64,000 nucleotides of DNA from Vitrella brassicaformis CCMP3155 (GCA_001179505.1 CDMY01000326.1:55752-119751); one strand, 5' to 3'. Positions 51,542 through 63,525 are shown, counted from the first letter of the stretch. Notes: a model not told the origin generated them from the sequence alone. Made by a program: numbers and translations.

Positions 51542-51841
51542 NNNNNNNNNNNNNNNNNNNNNNNNNNNNNNNNNNNNNNNNNNNNNNNNNNNNNNNNNNN
51601 NNNNNNNNNNNNNNNNNNNNNNNNNNNNNNNNNNNNNNNNNNNNNNNNNNNNNNNNNNNNNNNNNNNNNNNNNNNNNNNNNNNNNNNNNNNNNNNNNNNN
51701 NNNNNNNNNNNNNNNNNNNNNNNNNNNNNNNNNNNNNNNNNNNNNNNNNNNNNNNNNNNNNNNNNNNNNNNNNNNNNNNNNNNNNNNNNNNNNNNNNNNN
51801 NNNNNNNNNNNNNNNNNNNNNNNNNNNNNNNNNNNNNNNNN
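51542..51841. other. Assembly gap (300 N)
   Basis: Run of N. Confidence 1.
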
Positions 51842-53536
51842 GACAGCTGACGGTCACTGAGCCGCTGGATGGCGAGATCGAGATCAACGTGGGCGGGACG
51901 GTGCTGTGTGTGCCTCGCAAGCCGCTGCTGCTGCCCGGCGTGAGCGACTCGTTCATCGCCTATCTGCTGCTGCACCATCTGGATGGGCTGCCCAAGGACA
52001 CAGAGGGCCGCCCGTTCCTCGATGCTGACCCAATCTACATGGACTGGTGAGCCAGTCGACATACTGAGGGGAGGGAGGGCCGACGAACTCACAGGATGGT
52101 GTCTGTTGTGTTTCTTGTGTCAGGCTGTTCAACGAGATTGCCAACGTCGGTGTGGCGGATGCCCAGGCCGAGACCCACGAGATCAAGCTGACCGGTGACC
52201 ACAGCACCGACAGCGCGTCGCTCTTCTGGCATGAGATCCTCTTCGCCAACAAGACAGATCTGAACATCACGCGCCAGGACCGCCAAGACACCGCCATCGA
52301 CGACGCATCAAGCACCGGTACGCCCCTGAACGCTCTCGATCGCAGCGCCGCGAGCGTCGAGAAGGCCCTGGACGACATCAAGACGGCTGTGCAGCAGGTG
52401 ATGGACGAGCACCAGCAGCTGCTCAAGTTCCACCGTGTGATGGGGCCGTTCCTCAAGTCGGCTGATGGCAAAGGCAATGAGATCAGGAGCGTGCGGGTCA
52501 TGGGCAGGACGGTGTCGACCACTGAGTCCACACTGGCACTCATCGGCACTGACAAACGACCTACACCACTTTCGACAAGTGAGTGACACATAACAATGAG
52601 ATGGCATTCATCTCATTGGCCGTTTCTTGTGCGTTGCAGCACTGGGCCGGTAACGTGCGTCTCTGCCGCCCACTTCATGAAGGTGGTCGACTTCGCTCGC
52701 CGACAACGTCTCGCATCCGTCGGTGGCATCGTCAAGCCGCCCACCGCCCCGAATCAGCGGCAGCTCACCACCGACTGCGGCATGTACGGCCTCACCACGG
52801 AGAGTGTCAACGGCCCCGTCCTCTGGGCCGACGAGCTGCAGTGGATCATCGACTCGACAAAGAAAGGCAACGCCACACTGCTCTTCAAGTAAGTCGCAAA
52901 AGTGTGAGGCAGGAGGGGCTGCATCGTGTGTGTGTATTGATCAGGTCGAGTCGTGACACGTTTGGGTACCAGTCCTTCCTCAACAAGGTGACGGGCAAGA
53001 GCGGCCTTCTGTTCGCCCTCCGAGACGGCGACACACACCGATTCGGCTACTTCATCGACGGCCAGCTCAAGCCACCAAATGACCGCACAGAGACCACCGG
53101 CCCCTACAAGGTGCCCCTCTTCTTCTTTTCGCTGTCGGGTGCGTACGAGACGCCGACCAAGATCGAGCTGCCGGAGGAGGCCCAGTGCGTGGACGTGGCC
53201 GGCACACAGGGGGCGGCGAAGGCCAGAAATATGGATTGGCGCGCGAATGTGGCCATCGCCTGTGGCCGTCTGTGGCTCGGCTTCGATGAGCCTGGTCCGG
53301 CGGCTGACCTCAGCCGCTGCTATCAGTGGATCAAGGAAGGGGAGCTGCAAGCGAAATACAAGGGAAATATCAACAGCAACGGCAACGGCACACTGGCGCG
53401 GACGTCCAGCTTCACGTGCGATGAGATGGAGGTGTATCACGTGCAGGTAAACCAGTGGGATGAAAAGGCAACGGAAACAGCTACATGGGTGAGGATGCGT
53501 CTTGTATGTGCCTCTCTGCAGGTGAACGGCGCATGA
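51842..53536 (+). CDS. BTB-BTB-TLDc family copy 10 (subfamily A2), 5' end lost in gap
   Basis: QLTVTEPLDGEIEINVGG...DPIYMDW, RVMGRTVSTTESTL, KVVDFARRQR, LLFK|SSRDTFGY TLDc, VNGA*. Confidence 0.88.
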
Positions 53537-54225
53537 TCCGACTGTTCATCGGATTCTGTGTCAAGCACGTAAGCGACCGACTCTCTGTCTCGACCCAATG
53601 CGTTTTTGCGACTGTCTTTATTCGGGTCCGTGTGCGTGTTTGTGTTTGTGGTGGATGTTTTCGTCGCATCTCTGAGTGCTGCCCTCGTGTGTACGATTGC
53701 GGCTTGTGGCCCGTGTGTCGTCACGACAGACACGAAAGAGAGAGCGTTCTGATGCATATAAAGAGCGTTCTGATGCACACACAGCGAGGGCCGGATGGCC
53801 GTGGTAGGGGTATGCGTGTGGCTGACATGTCTGACACGTGGGTGCCGTATGTGTCGCATTACGTGCCAGTGCATGTGTGGCGGCCTGATTGCTGTTCCAT
53901 GTGTATTGGACGCATCGACACAGAAAGGATGGGGTGCCGTCACTTTCGCTGCGTTGATGAACGTGACTTCATTCGAGGAGGTGTAGCTCGGAGCATGAAG
54001 CCTTTTTTCATGTAACGAATGTAATGAACCGTCATTCCATTCGTCACATGTCTCTGCGGCAACGATTTGCGTGGACCGGTAAGTCGATCATCGCCACGAA
54101 GACGAATAAATGAATGAATGAATGATCGATCCATTCGCTACAATCGTGCCCCTCCTTTCTGCCCACGGGCCCCTACACACTCACAGGAGAGAGATGGATA
54201 TCAGATGCGTCTCTGCACTATTCAC

Positions 54226-56606
54226 CTACGGGAACAGCCTACAATCCCGCTCAGCTACCAACACGCCCACAGAAGAAGAGCCACCCCCGGCACCACACGC
54301 ACTTTCCAGCAGCTGACGAATCGCCCGAATTACCTCCCCCTCTACATTCCTCCCATGAAGGTCGCTGGCGAGAGAGGCGCACCTGACTGGCCGATGGGTG
54401 TCGGTGAAGGCAACCCTCTTGCCCCTGGCCCCCAACGCCCGCGAGATGTCCTCCTGTGTGGTCTCGAGCACCTTGTCACCATCCTTGCCGCATATCTCCT
54501 CGCTGAGCTCCTCAGTTGCGTTCACCCATGGGGGAGTGCTCAGCAAGGCCGGCACACAGCGACGGATCGACATCCACATGCCGTCCTGCAGGGATGCAGG
54601 AATCAAGGAGACACATCCAAAGAAATGAAAGGAATCGTCTGGGGTGGGTGGGTGTCTCACCTTGATGGACCGGTGGTATCGTCTGTCGTCCCGGCCATGC
54701 CCTCCCGCAAAGACGGGATGGGTGTATGAGCAGTATTTCGCCCAGGAATGTCCTGAGGCGATTGGAAACCGGCCGGTGGCTTTCTTGCTGCTTCTGCTGC
54801 TGTAGCGGGTCTGGTGCTTCCGCAGCTCGGCCAACAGGTGCCGTTCGAGGTCCTTGTACTTGTGCTGGTTGGCGTGCTGAAACAAGACATGGAGGGAAAT
54901 GCATATACGATGTCTCCTGCCAGGTTGGCCGTTCTGACATACCAGGAATAGCAGATGGCCCGAGGGGTCGTGCTGACCGATCACTGAGGCACATAGACAT
55001 GGACAGACACAACCGGCTGACTGTATTCAACACCTCTCGACGCATCTCTCTACCTGTCCCATCAGTAACTCCGACGTTGTGTTTTCCCGATCCTATAACG
55101 GCGGCAGCTTGTTGGACCACAGTGTAGGAGGCGCCAGTCAAATACCACCCCACAAGAAATGTGTCCTTGTCTCCCGCGCCCAGAGGCTCTCGCCCATAGA
55201 TAAGCGGAAAGTACGTGTCGGAATGCCAGTTGAGGAAAGTCGTCAGCAAAAGAGCTCGCCATGTCTCCGACCTGCCCTTGTCGATGACCAGCTGACCTGT
55301 CTCTAGTCCAATACTGATGTTGACGTACGGGTAGTCGGGGGGCACGAGGTTCTGGTCGTCTGGGGGGCCTGGAGGGGGCGGAAGGTCTGTGTAGTCCCAG
55401 ATAGACGGCACACCCTCATCACGCACCAATGACCTGCACAAAGACAGGTCAATCATTGATGGGGTCCTTTCGCTTTGTTTCCATGCTTTGCTTTTCACCA
55501 GTAGTCTGGCCAGAAGATGGCAGATGAGTTTGATCTCTTGAGGTGGTCAAAGAGGAAGGAAGGGTCTCGCAACACCACGTTGTCCACATCGAGGAAGAGC
55601 ACCTCAGCAAAAGATGTCGCCAGCAAAGTAAGGGGCTTCACTGCAGTGCAGGCAGCGATGCACAAACATACGGATGCCACGTAGATGATCATGTCTCCCT
55701 CCGTCGCTGCTCACGCAGAAAGTGCCGAAACGCCCCATGCGCATACGATTCCTCTCCATCAACACTCGTGTCTTCTCCCGGCCCATCCGCCTTGATCACC
55801 TCATGCGGCACTCGCGGCAAAGGCAGCAGAGCCACGCCACCCAGCTCGCGAAACTGCCGCACAATCCACTCATTCCCGACCACCCTCAAGTAGTCAGAAT
55901 GCGGGAAGAACACCTCCACAGGCAACGGACACGATTGGCGCAGCACACGGAGGCTGACCAGTGTTGGCATCAGGAACTTGGCGCGAAAACCTGAGACAAG
56001 AGCAATGCCTCGGCCCCGAAAAAGGCCAGGTGGGAGAGGTGGAAGAACGTCGAGGAAGGTCTGCCACGCCGCGGGTGTTTCCAGGTGGAAGGATTGGAAC
56101 ATCTTGTAGAGCTGCAGCTGGAGGCGATGCCGTCTCACAGCCCTCCGCCAGTCGAGCAGCAACGTCACGGGGTCCGCATGGAAGAAAAGCACCATCAACA
56201 CCAGCACACACACGACCGCCAGCATCAGGAAAACTCGCCCCCCGAGCCTGCCGCTGCCCTCTCTCCCGCTATAGCTGCCAGCACTGGACGGCAGAAGAAA
56301 CGACAGCTGCCGCAGCCCACTGCTGAAGCTCTTCTTGAGGCCGCTGCGGTCATCCTCTGAGCCCCTTCTGGTGGTTGCCGTGGTTCTGCGCCTCTGCAGA
56401 GAGGTGGTGAGTCCGCCGAAAGCACCGGCCATTGCAATGCCGAGCGATGAGCGGCGAGATGAAGACGGTCGGGGGAATATGGGGGTGATGAGGTCGTCCT
56501 GGAGTTCGTCGGTGGGTGAGCTTCTCCGCCTGGGCACACCCTCGCTGACGAGGGGCCTCGCTACGCAGCCATCGGAGTCACTGATGGATGAAGAGGTCCT
56601 GATCAT
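54226..56606 (-). CDS. Type II membrane alpha-mannosyltransferase (GT71 / MNN2-MNN5-like, Mannosyl_trans3), multi-exon
   Basis: TM anchor FLMLAVVCVLVLMVLFF, GRGIALVSG...LPVEVFFP, KPLTLLATSFAEVLFLDVDNVVLRDPSFLF...AIFWPDYW (DxD), ETGQLVIDK and GAGDKDTF. Start uncertain (56432, 56606 or 56711). Confidence 0.88.
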
Positions 56607-56878
56607 ACACTCACTGTTGCGGTACCAAGCCTCTGCCAAGAAGCCGGCTGCTGGTCCTGCTGGTTGTGGCACATCATGGGCAAAGCGCCATTGCAGGGCC
56701 GCATCATGCAATCCGATCGCCAGCGAGCTTGCGAAGCCTTCTCGGTTTCTTGTGGCGTGAGTCTCGGCTCTTCACGCTCGCGGTGCACGGTCCCCGCGAA
56801 GAACGGCGCGCCGTGAACCGTGCACCGTGAAGTGAACTTTCGCGGGTCACGACAAAGATCTCGTCTCGCGCCCCCAGC

Positions 56879-58796
56879 ATGTTTCAGCGACTCGCCATGA
56901 TGGTGTCGGCCTCTGGAGGTTCGAGGAGGCGAAGAAGCAGCGACCGCCAGGGCGGATCTGCCCCGGGAGCTGCTGCGTCATCTCCCGACTCATCTGAGTC
57001 AGTCGCCCCATGTGAGCCGCAGCTGCAGAGCCTCACATGCGGTAGTGAGGAGGGAGATCTGGTGCTGAAGGAGGCTGCGGGATGCATCGACGACCTGAGG
57101 GAGATGGCCAAGACGGCGATGGGCGAGATGGAGCAGCTGGGGGAGGAGATCAAGCAGCTGTTCGTCGCAAATGGCGGCAGTCTGCAGCCGCGGCAGACAG
57201 AGGACCGCCTTCGGCTCAATGTGGGCGGCACTGTTATGTCAATCCCCGTGTCGGCGCTTCTCCATCCCAAGATGAAGCAGACGTACCTCGCGACGCTGCT
57301 GCTGCACTTCATCGACGCCCTGCCCAAGGATGCCAATCAGCTGCCATTCCTCGAGATGCATCCGGCCTACTTCCGCTGGCTGCGTGACCAGCTGGCACTG
57401 CTCGAGAGCCCCCACCTCGACGAGATCAGCCTGCACTCACCGGAGGCCGACGATCCCTCTTATGCCGAGTAGCACGGGCTGCTCATGCAGACGCTGGGCG
57501 GTGCCATTGAGATTGGGGAGCAGCCACAGTCAACTGGCACGGCGGCAGAGGGCGGCGGGGAGGGCGGCGCGAAGAGAGGCTTTCGGCAGATGGAGCAGTG
57601 CATGCGGCGCTACGAGGGTCTGCTCGAGGGGCTTCGCAAGCAGAAGGAGAAGATGGAGGCCTTCTTGGTGGCCATGCGGCCGTTCGTCAAGGGTGACAGC
57701 AGCGATGAGGACACCGAGGTGATGACACTCGGTGTGTCTGATGAGGATGTGTCGGTCCTCCGCCGCACCATCGCCCTCTGCGGACCAGACCATGTGCTTG
57801 TGAAGCGGTTCGACCGGTGGGAGAGCGAAGGAGCAGCACACAGGACGATGGCACATGGCCTTGTTCGTCTGTGTGAGTTGCAGGACTCAGTGGCCCGACC
57901 AGGAGGTGCGCCAGACGTCCCTCAGGTTGCTGCAGCTTATCATCGACTTTGCCCGCCGTTTGTCGGTCATGCCCCCCTCCCGGTTTGTGCATCCGCCGGT
58001 CGTCGCGCCGCACGAGAAGGCCATCTTCGGTGTCGAGCTGGGAATGTACGGCCTCAACACGGTGCCTTCAAACAGCACGATCATTCAGACGGCCGACGAG
58101 TGGCTGGCGGTGATGAAGATGGCGGACAAGAGGATCGCTGTGGCGCCGTCGCTGCTGTACAAGTGAGCTCAGACAGACATGCCGGGCACACAGACATGGC
58201 TGTCGTGTGTGCTGATCTCAGGTCGAGTCGTGACACCTTTGCGTATCCCTCCTTCCTTAACAAGGTGGAGGACAAGAGCGGGCTGCTCTTCGCCCTCAAG
58301 CAGGGCGACACACACCGATTCGGCGCCTTCATCGACGGCCAGATCAAGCCACCACACGACCCCACGCACGCCAACTTCTACAAGGTGCCCTCTTGTTCTT
58401 TTCGCTGTCGGGTGCGTACGAGACGCCGACCAAGATCGAGCTGCCGGAAGAGGCACAGAAGGTGGACGTTGCTGGCACGCAGGGGGTGGTGAAGGATATC
58501 AAGGACGAGCCGTTTGGGAACGTCTGCATCGCCTGCGGCCGTCTCTGGCTGGGATTCGCTCAGCCTGGTCCGGCGGCCGACCTCAGCAGCTGCCAGCAGT
58601 GGATCGCGAAGAAGGAGGTGCCCGACGGCTACAAGGGGACGACCGTCAATGAGGAGGGCGCCGGCACACTGGCGCGGTCCATGAACTTCACGTGCGAAGA
58701 GATCGAAGTGTGGCAGGTGGGCGCAAGAGAGCAAGCACACCACTGGTGTGTCTTTCTGTCTGTCCGTCTTTCTGTGTGCAGGTGGGGAGCGGCTGA
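56879..58796 (+). pseudogene. BTB-BTB-TLDc family copy 11 (subfamily B); nonsense mutation plus frameshift
   Basis: gccgagTAGcac at 57470-57472 where paralogs have gccgagTACcac; the TLDc frame breaks near 58388 (gtgccctcttgttc vs family gtgcccctcttcttc). Confidence 0.9.
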
Positions 58797-59873
58797 ACCG
58801 ATCTGACGGCACCCATATAGACAGCGGCAGGGGCCGGTGAGACGACACTACACACACACATTTCTCAGCCAACAGAGTCGAACACACTGCTGGCCTTGTT
58901 GTTGTCGCTCTCTGTGGGTATAGTGGTCATTTTGCAATGTGTGTGAGAGTGTGATTTAGGTAGTCAATCCCATCGGCTGTCTGGCTGGCCGCGCATCCGT
59001 GTGTATGTTGACCTGGCTGTGAATGGACGGATAGACCATCGATCTCATCAGACACACACATGATTGATGAGTCGGGCCCCTCCTGACAGACAACACACAC
59101 ACACACACACAGCCATACGTCCATGTCTGTCTTCCCTTGCTCTACCTGCCGAAGCACCACCACACACGGACACAGACACACGACACATCGCTCCGGCCCC
59201 CCTCACAAAGAAGCTTCACACACACACACCGGGGGTTCGATTGAGTCAACCACATGATCGTGGACCGGTCTTGAAGGCCCCGGGAAGGCACACACTCAGT
59301 TTCAGTGGTCATTGTGGGTGGATGTCTGAGTGTGATTTCGGTAATCAATCCCGTCGGTTGTGCGTCTGTGTTGGTGGATGGATGGATGGATGTGCTGCAC
59401 TCATTGACACACGCAATACAGCCAGACAGACAGACGAACAGCCTTTCGTCAGGCGCTCAACACCATTTACGACCCGTCGTCAGTTTCTCAATGAAGTTAG
59501 CAACAAAAAGGAAAACGACTGCCATGCAAAATGCGCAGAACGAGTAAGTGTCAGATGTCCTGTCTGCTCAAGAGTCGCATGTCTGCATGCACCCTTTTCC
59601 CGTCACCATAGCTCATCCCGCTCTCCCACTGCCCTCCTCCTCTCTCCCGTTCCTTTCCGAAATCTCCGTGAAACCCCAATTAGCTATGCCATACACACAA
59701 AGACCATCCATCTCTATATAATTCATCATTTGGCAGATGAGCATGGCGCCAGCGAGCCGGCTACTCGTCCTGCTTCTTGTGGCACATCATGGGCAAAGCG
59801 TCATTGCAGGTCCGCACCATGCAATCCGATCGCCAGCAAGCTTGCAAACCACCCCTCTTCTCGCGCCCCCAGC

Positions 59874-61855
59874 ATGTTTCAGCGACTCGCCATGATGCTG
59901 TCGGCCTCTGGAGTCTCGAGGAGGCGAAGAAGCAGCGACCGCCAGGGCGGATCTGCCCCGGGAGCTGCTGCGTCATCTGCCGACTCATCTGAGTCAGTCG
60001 CCCCATGTGAGCCGCAGCTGCAGAGCCTCACATGCGGCCGAGAGGAGGGAGATCTGGTGCTGAAGGAGGCTGCGGGATGCATCGGCGACCTGAGGGAGAT
60101 GGCCAAGACGGCGACAAGAGAAGCGATGGGCGAGATGGAACAGCTGGCGGAGGAGATCAAGCAGCTGTTCGTCGCAAATGGCGGCAGTCTGCAGCCGCGG
60201 CAGACAGAGGACCGCCTTCGGCTCAATGTGGGCGGCACTGTTATGTCTATCCCCGTGTCGGCGCTTCTCCATCCCAAGATGAAGCAGACGTACCTCTCGA
60301 CTTTGCTGTTGCACTTCAGCGACCAGCTGCCCAAGGACGCCAATCAGCTGCCATTCCTCGAGATGCACCCGGCCTACTTCCGCTGGCTGCGTGACCAGCT
60401 GGCACTGCTCGAGAGCCCCCACCTCGACGAGATCAGCCTGCACTCACCGGAGGCCGACGATCCCTCTTATGCCGAGTACCACTCGCTGTTCATGCGGACG
60501 CTGGGCGGTGCCATCGAGATTGGGAATCAGCCACAGTCAACTGGCACGGCGGCAGAGGGCGGCGGGGAGGGCGGCGCGAAGAGAGGCTTTCGGCAGATGG
60601 AGCAGTGCATGCGGCGCTACGAGGGCCTGCTCGAGGGGCTTCGCAAGCAGAAGGAGAAGATGGAGGCCTTCTTGGTGGCCATGCGGCCGTTCGTCAAGGG
60701 GGACAGCAGCGATGAGGACACCGAAGTGATGACACTGAGTGTGTCTGATGAGGATGTGTCGGTCCTCCGCCGCACCATCGCCCTCTGCGGGCCAGACCAT
60801 GTGCTTGTGAAGCGGTTTGACCGGTGCGAGAGCGATAGAGCAGCACAGAGGACGATGACACATGACCTTGTTCGTCTGTGTGGGTTTCAGGACTCAGTGG
60901 CCCGACCAGGAGGTGCGCCAGACGTCCCTCAGGTTCCTGCAGCTCGTCGTCGACTTCGGCCGCCGTTTGTCGGTCATGCCCGCCGGCCGCTTTGTCCATC
61001 CGCCGGTGGTGGCGGCGCACGAGAAGGAGATGTTCGCCGTCGAGCTGGGAATGTACGGCCTCAACACAATGCCGCCTGTGGGTGAGGCGGCGGGGGCGTC
61101 CGCTGTGATCAAGACGGCCGACGAGTGGCTGGCGGTGATGGCGATGACAGACAAGAAGATCGCTGTAGCGCCATCACTGCTGTACAAGTGAGATGCAGCA
61201 CTCACACGCCAGAGGCAGCTGACAGGCCGAGACCACACTGTCCTTCTGTGTGTCAATCAGGTCGAGTCGTGACACATTCGCGTATCCGTCCTTCCTCAAC
61301 AAGGTGACCGGTAAGAGCGGTCTGCTGTTGGCCCTCCGAGACGGCGACACACACCGATTCGGCTGCTTCATCGACGGCCAGATTAGACCGCCAGACGACT
61401 TCAGACAGGCCAACTACTACGATGTGCCCGTCTTCTTCTATTCGCTGTCGGGTGCGTACGAGACGCCCACCAAGATCGAGGTGCCCGAGGAGAAGCAGCA
61501 GATGGAGGTGGCTGGCACACAGGGGGTGGCGAAGGCCAACAATATGGACTGGAGTGCCAATGTGTGCATCGCTGGCGGCCAGCTGTGGCTGGGGTGGGCT
61601 CAGCCTGGTCCTGCGGCCGACCTTAGCCGCTGCCAGCAGTGGACCGCGAAGAAGGGGGTGCCCGACGGCTACAAGGGGACGACGGTCAATGAGGAGGGCG
61701 CCGGCACACTGGCCAGCAGGCTCAACTTCACGTGCAGCGAGATGGAGGTGTGGCAGGTGGGTGTGAGCGACGAAAAGGGAGCACATATGGGTGGCTGGCT
61801 GCTCGTGGCCAACACTGCTGTGTCTGTCTGTGTGCCGCAGATGGGGAGCGGCTGA
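59874..61855 (+). CDS. BTB-BTB-TLDc family copy 12 (subfamily B), apparently intact
   Basis: MFQRLAMMLSASG...RLNVGG...RFDR|...LLYK|SSRDTFAYPSF TLDc...EMEVWQ|MGSG*. Confidence 0.9.
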
Positions 61856-63000
61856 ACCGATCCGACGGCACCCACACCGACAGGCGGCAGAGGCTGGTGA
61901 GACCACACTACACACACACATTTCTCAGCCGAGAAAGTCGAACACACTGCTGGCCCTGTTGTTGTCGCTCTCTGAGTTTTAGTGGTCATTTTGCAATGTG
62001 TGTGTGAGTGTGATTTGGGTAGTCAATCCCATCGGCTGTCTGGCTGGCCGCGCATCCGTGTGTGTGCTGGCCTGGGAGTGAATGGACGGATAGACTATCT
62101 ATCTCACAAAGCACACACATTATTGATGAGTCGGGCCGCTCCAGACAGGCAACACACACACACACACACACAGCCATGTACCCATGAGACACCACCACAC
62201 AGGGACACAAACACACCATCATCGCTCCGCTCCCCCTCACAGACAAACTTCACGCACACACCGGGAGGGCGATGCGTCCGGTCCATCAGTCGTGAAAGCC
62301 CTGGGTGGGCCGGCAGTTTATGAGTGTGTGGTCATTTTGCAATGTGTGTATGTGTACGTGTATTTGTATTTGCGAGTGTGATTTGGGTAATCAATCCCAT
62401 CGGTTGTCTGTCTGGCAGCGCATCAATCAATCCATGTCTGTCTGTTCACGTTGGTGTGTGCGTCTGTGTTGGTGGACGGATGGGTGGGTGGCTGTGCTGC
62501 ACTCATTGGCACACACACCTCACACAGACAGACAGACAGACATGTCTTCTCTTCTTCCTTAACGCCACACCCTCATCGCTCTCACAGACAGACAGACGAA
62601 CAGCCTTCGTCAGGCGCTCAACACCATGCACACAGCGGCCGTCCTACGGCTGTCATTGTGCGACTTTATCAAAGGCCTGGGTGGTGCATTCTGTATTTGG
62701 CGTGTGTGTGGCAAGAGCAAAAAGCACTGACAATTGACTGACAACACCACACACACTCACTCAAATGTTGCTGTTAGACGAGGGGTAGGTCAGGCGACCG
62801 ACCGACCAGGCACACACGAGAGAGGCAAGCAGCTCACCAACAGACAGCTACAACGCCCCGCGCACACCCACACGCACCACGGCCGTCCGAAACAGGAAAA
62901 ACCCGGCGACAATCAATTGTCTTCACATCTCCTCTGAGTCAGCCGGGCAAGCAACAAATGGCAGACCGATCGAGGTGTGCAGGGCCTGCAGGGTGGCTGC

Positions 63001-63525
63001 CTAGGGGTTCACCCTTCCTCCCACCCAGTATCCCTTCGCCCCAGTGATGACGGGCGTCTTGCGCGACACATAGGGCTTCAACTGCACACACACACAATCC
63101 AACAGACGGCACGGCGCTTGTGTGTGACGTGTTGCGTGTGGCGGTGGTGAGTGTGCTTGTGGGAATGAATCGTTGAGGGTCTGTGAGGTCGGTCACCTGG
63201 AAGCCCGTCAGGTCAGGCACCTTGAAGGAAGGCACCAGCATCGGATTCACAATGAAAAACCCTGCACGCACACGCACACAGCCACACAGACACACACAGC
63301 AAACACCGCAGAGAGAGGCCATCAAGTCAACCGTGCCCATCTCTGTCTGCTTGTCTGTCCCACACATAGATACGTACCTTTCTTTGTGTGTCTGCCCAGT
63401 CCGATTGCACCGAATCCCTTCTTGAATCCCGGCCCCGTGTGCTTTGGCAGCAGCGGCCCTCGGCCCTTGCTCGGGCCACACTTGGTGCCCAGCACCACAC
63501 GGGACAGCCGCACAGCGCCGGACAT
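63001..63525 (-). CDS. MRPL41: Mitochondrial ribosomal protein mL41 (three exons)
   Basis: Spliced MSGAVRLSRVVLGTKCGPSKGRGPLLPKHTGPGFKKGFGAIGLGRHTKKG|FFIVNPMLVPSFKVPDLTGFQ|LKPYVSRKTPVITGAKGYWVGGRVNP*; the F-x-VPDLTGF-x-LKPYVS motif is typical of mL41. Confidence 0.88.

Larger units (their letters stand above)
56879..62700 (+). repeat. Tandem duplication of a ~3 kb B-gene-plus-flank unit (56879-59470 vs 59874-62620)
   Basis: Near-identical coding sequence and collinear downstream non-coding sequence (ggtgagac..cactacacacacacatttctcagcc..agagtcgaacacactgctggcc; gtggtcattttgcaatgtgtgtg). Confidence 0.88.

Noticed and set aside
59064-59873. Apparent 270-aa N-terminal extension of copy 12
   Set aside because: It runs through microsatellite-rich intergenic DNA; the paralogs start at MFQRLAMM (59874).
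10910-61760. Diversity-generating retroelement as the source of TLDc variability
   Set aside because: No reverse transcriptase and no template/variable repeat pair is visible; the differences involve all four bases and indels rather than adenine-specific changes.
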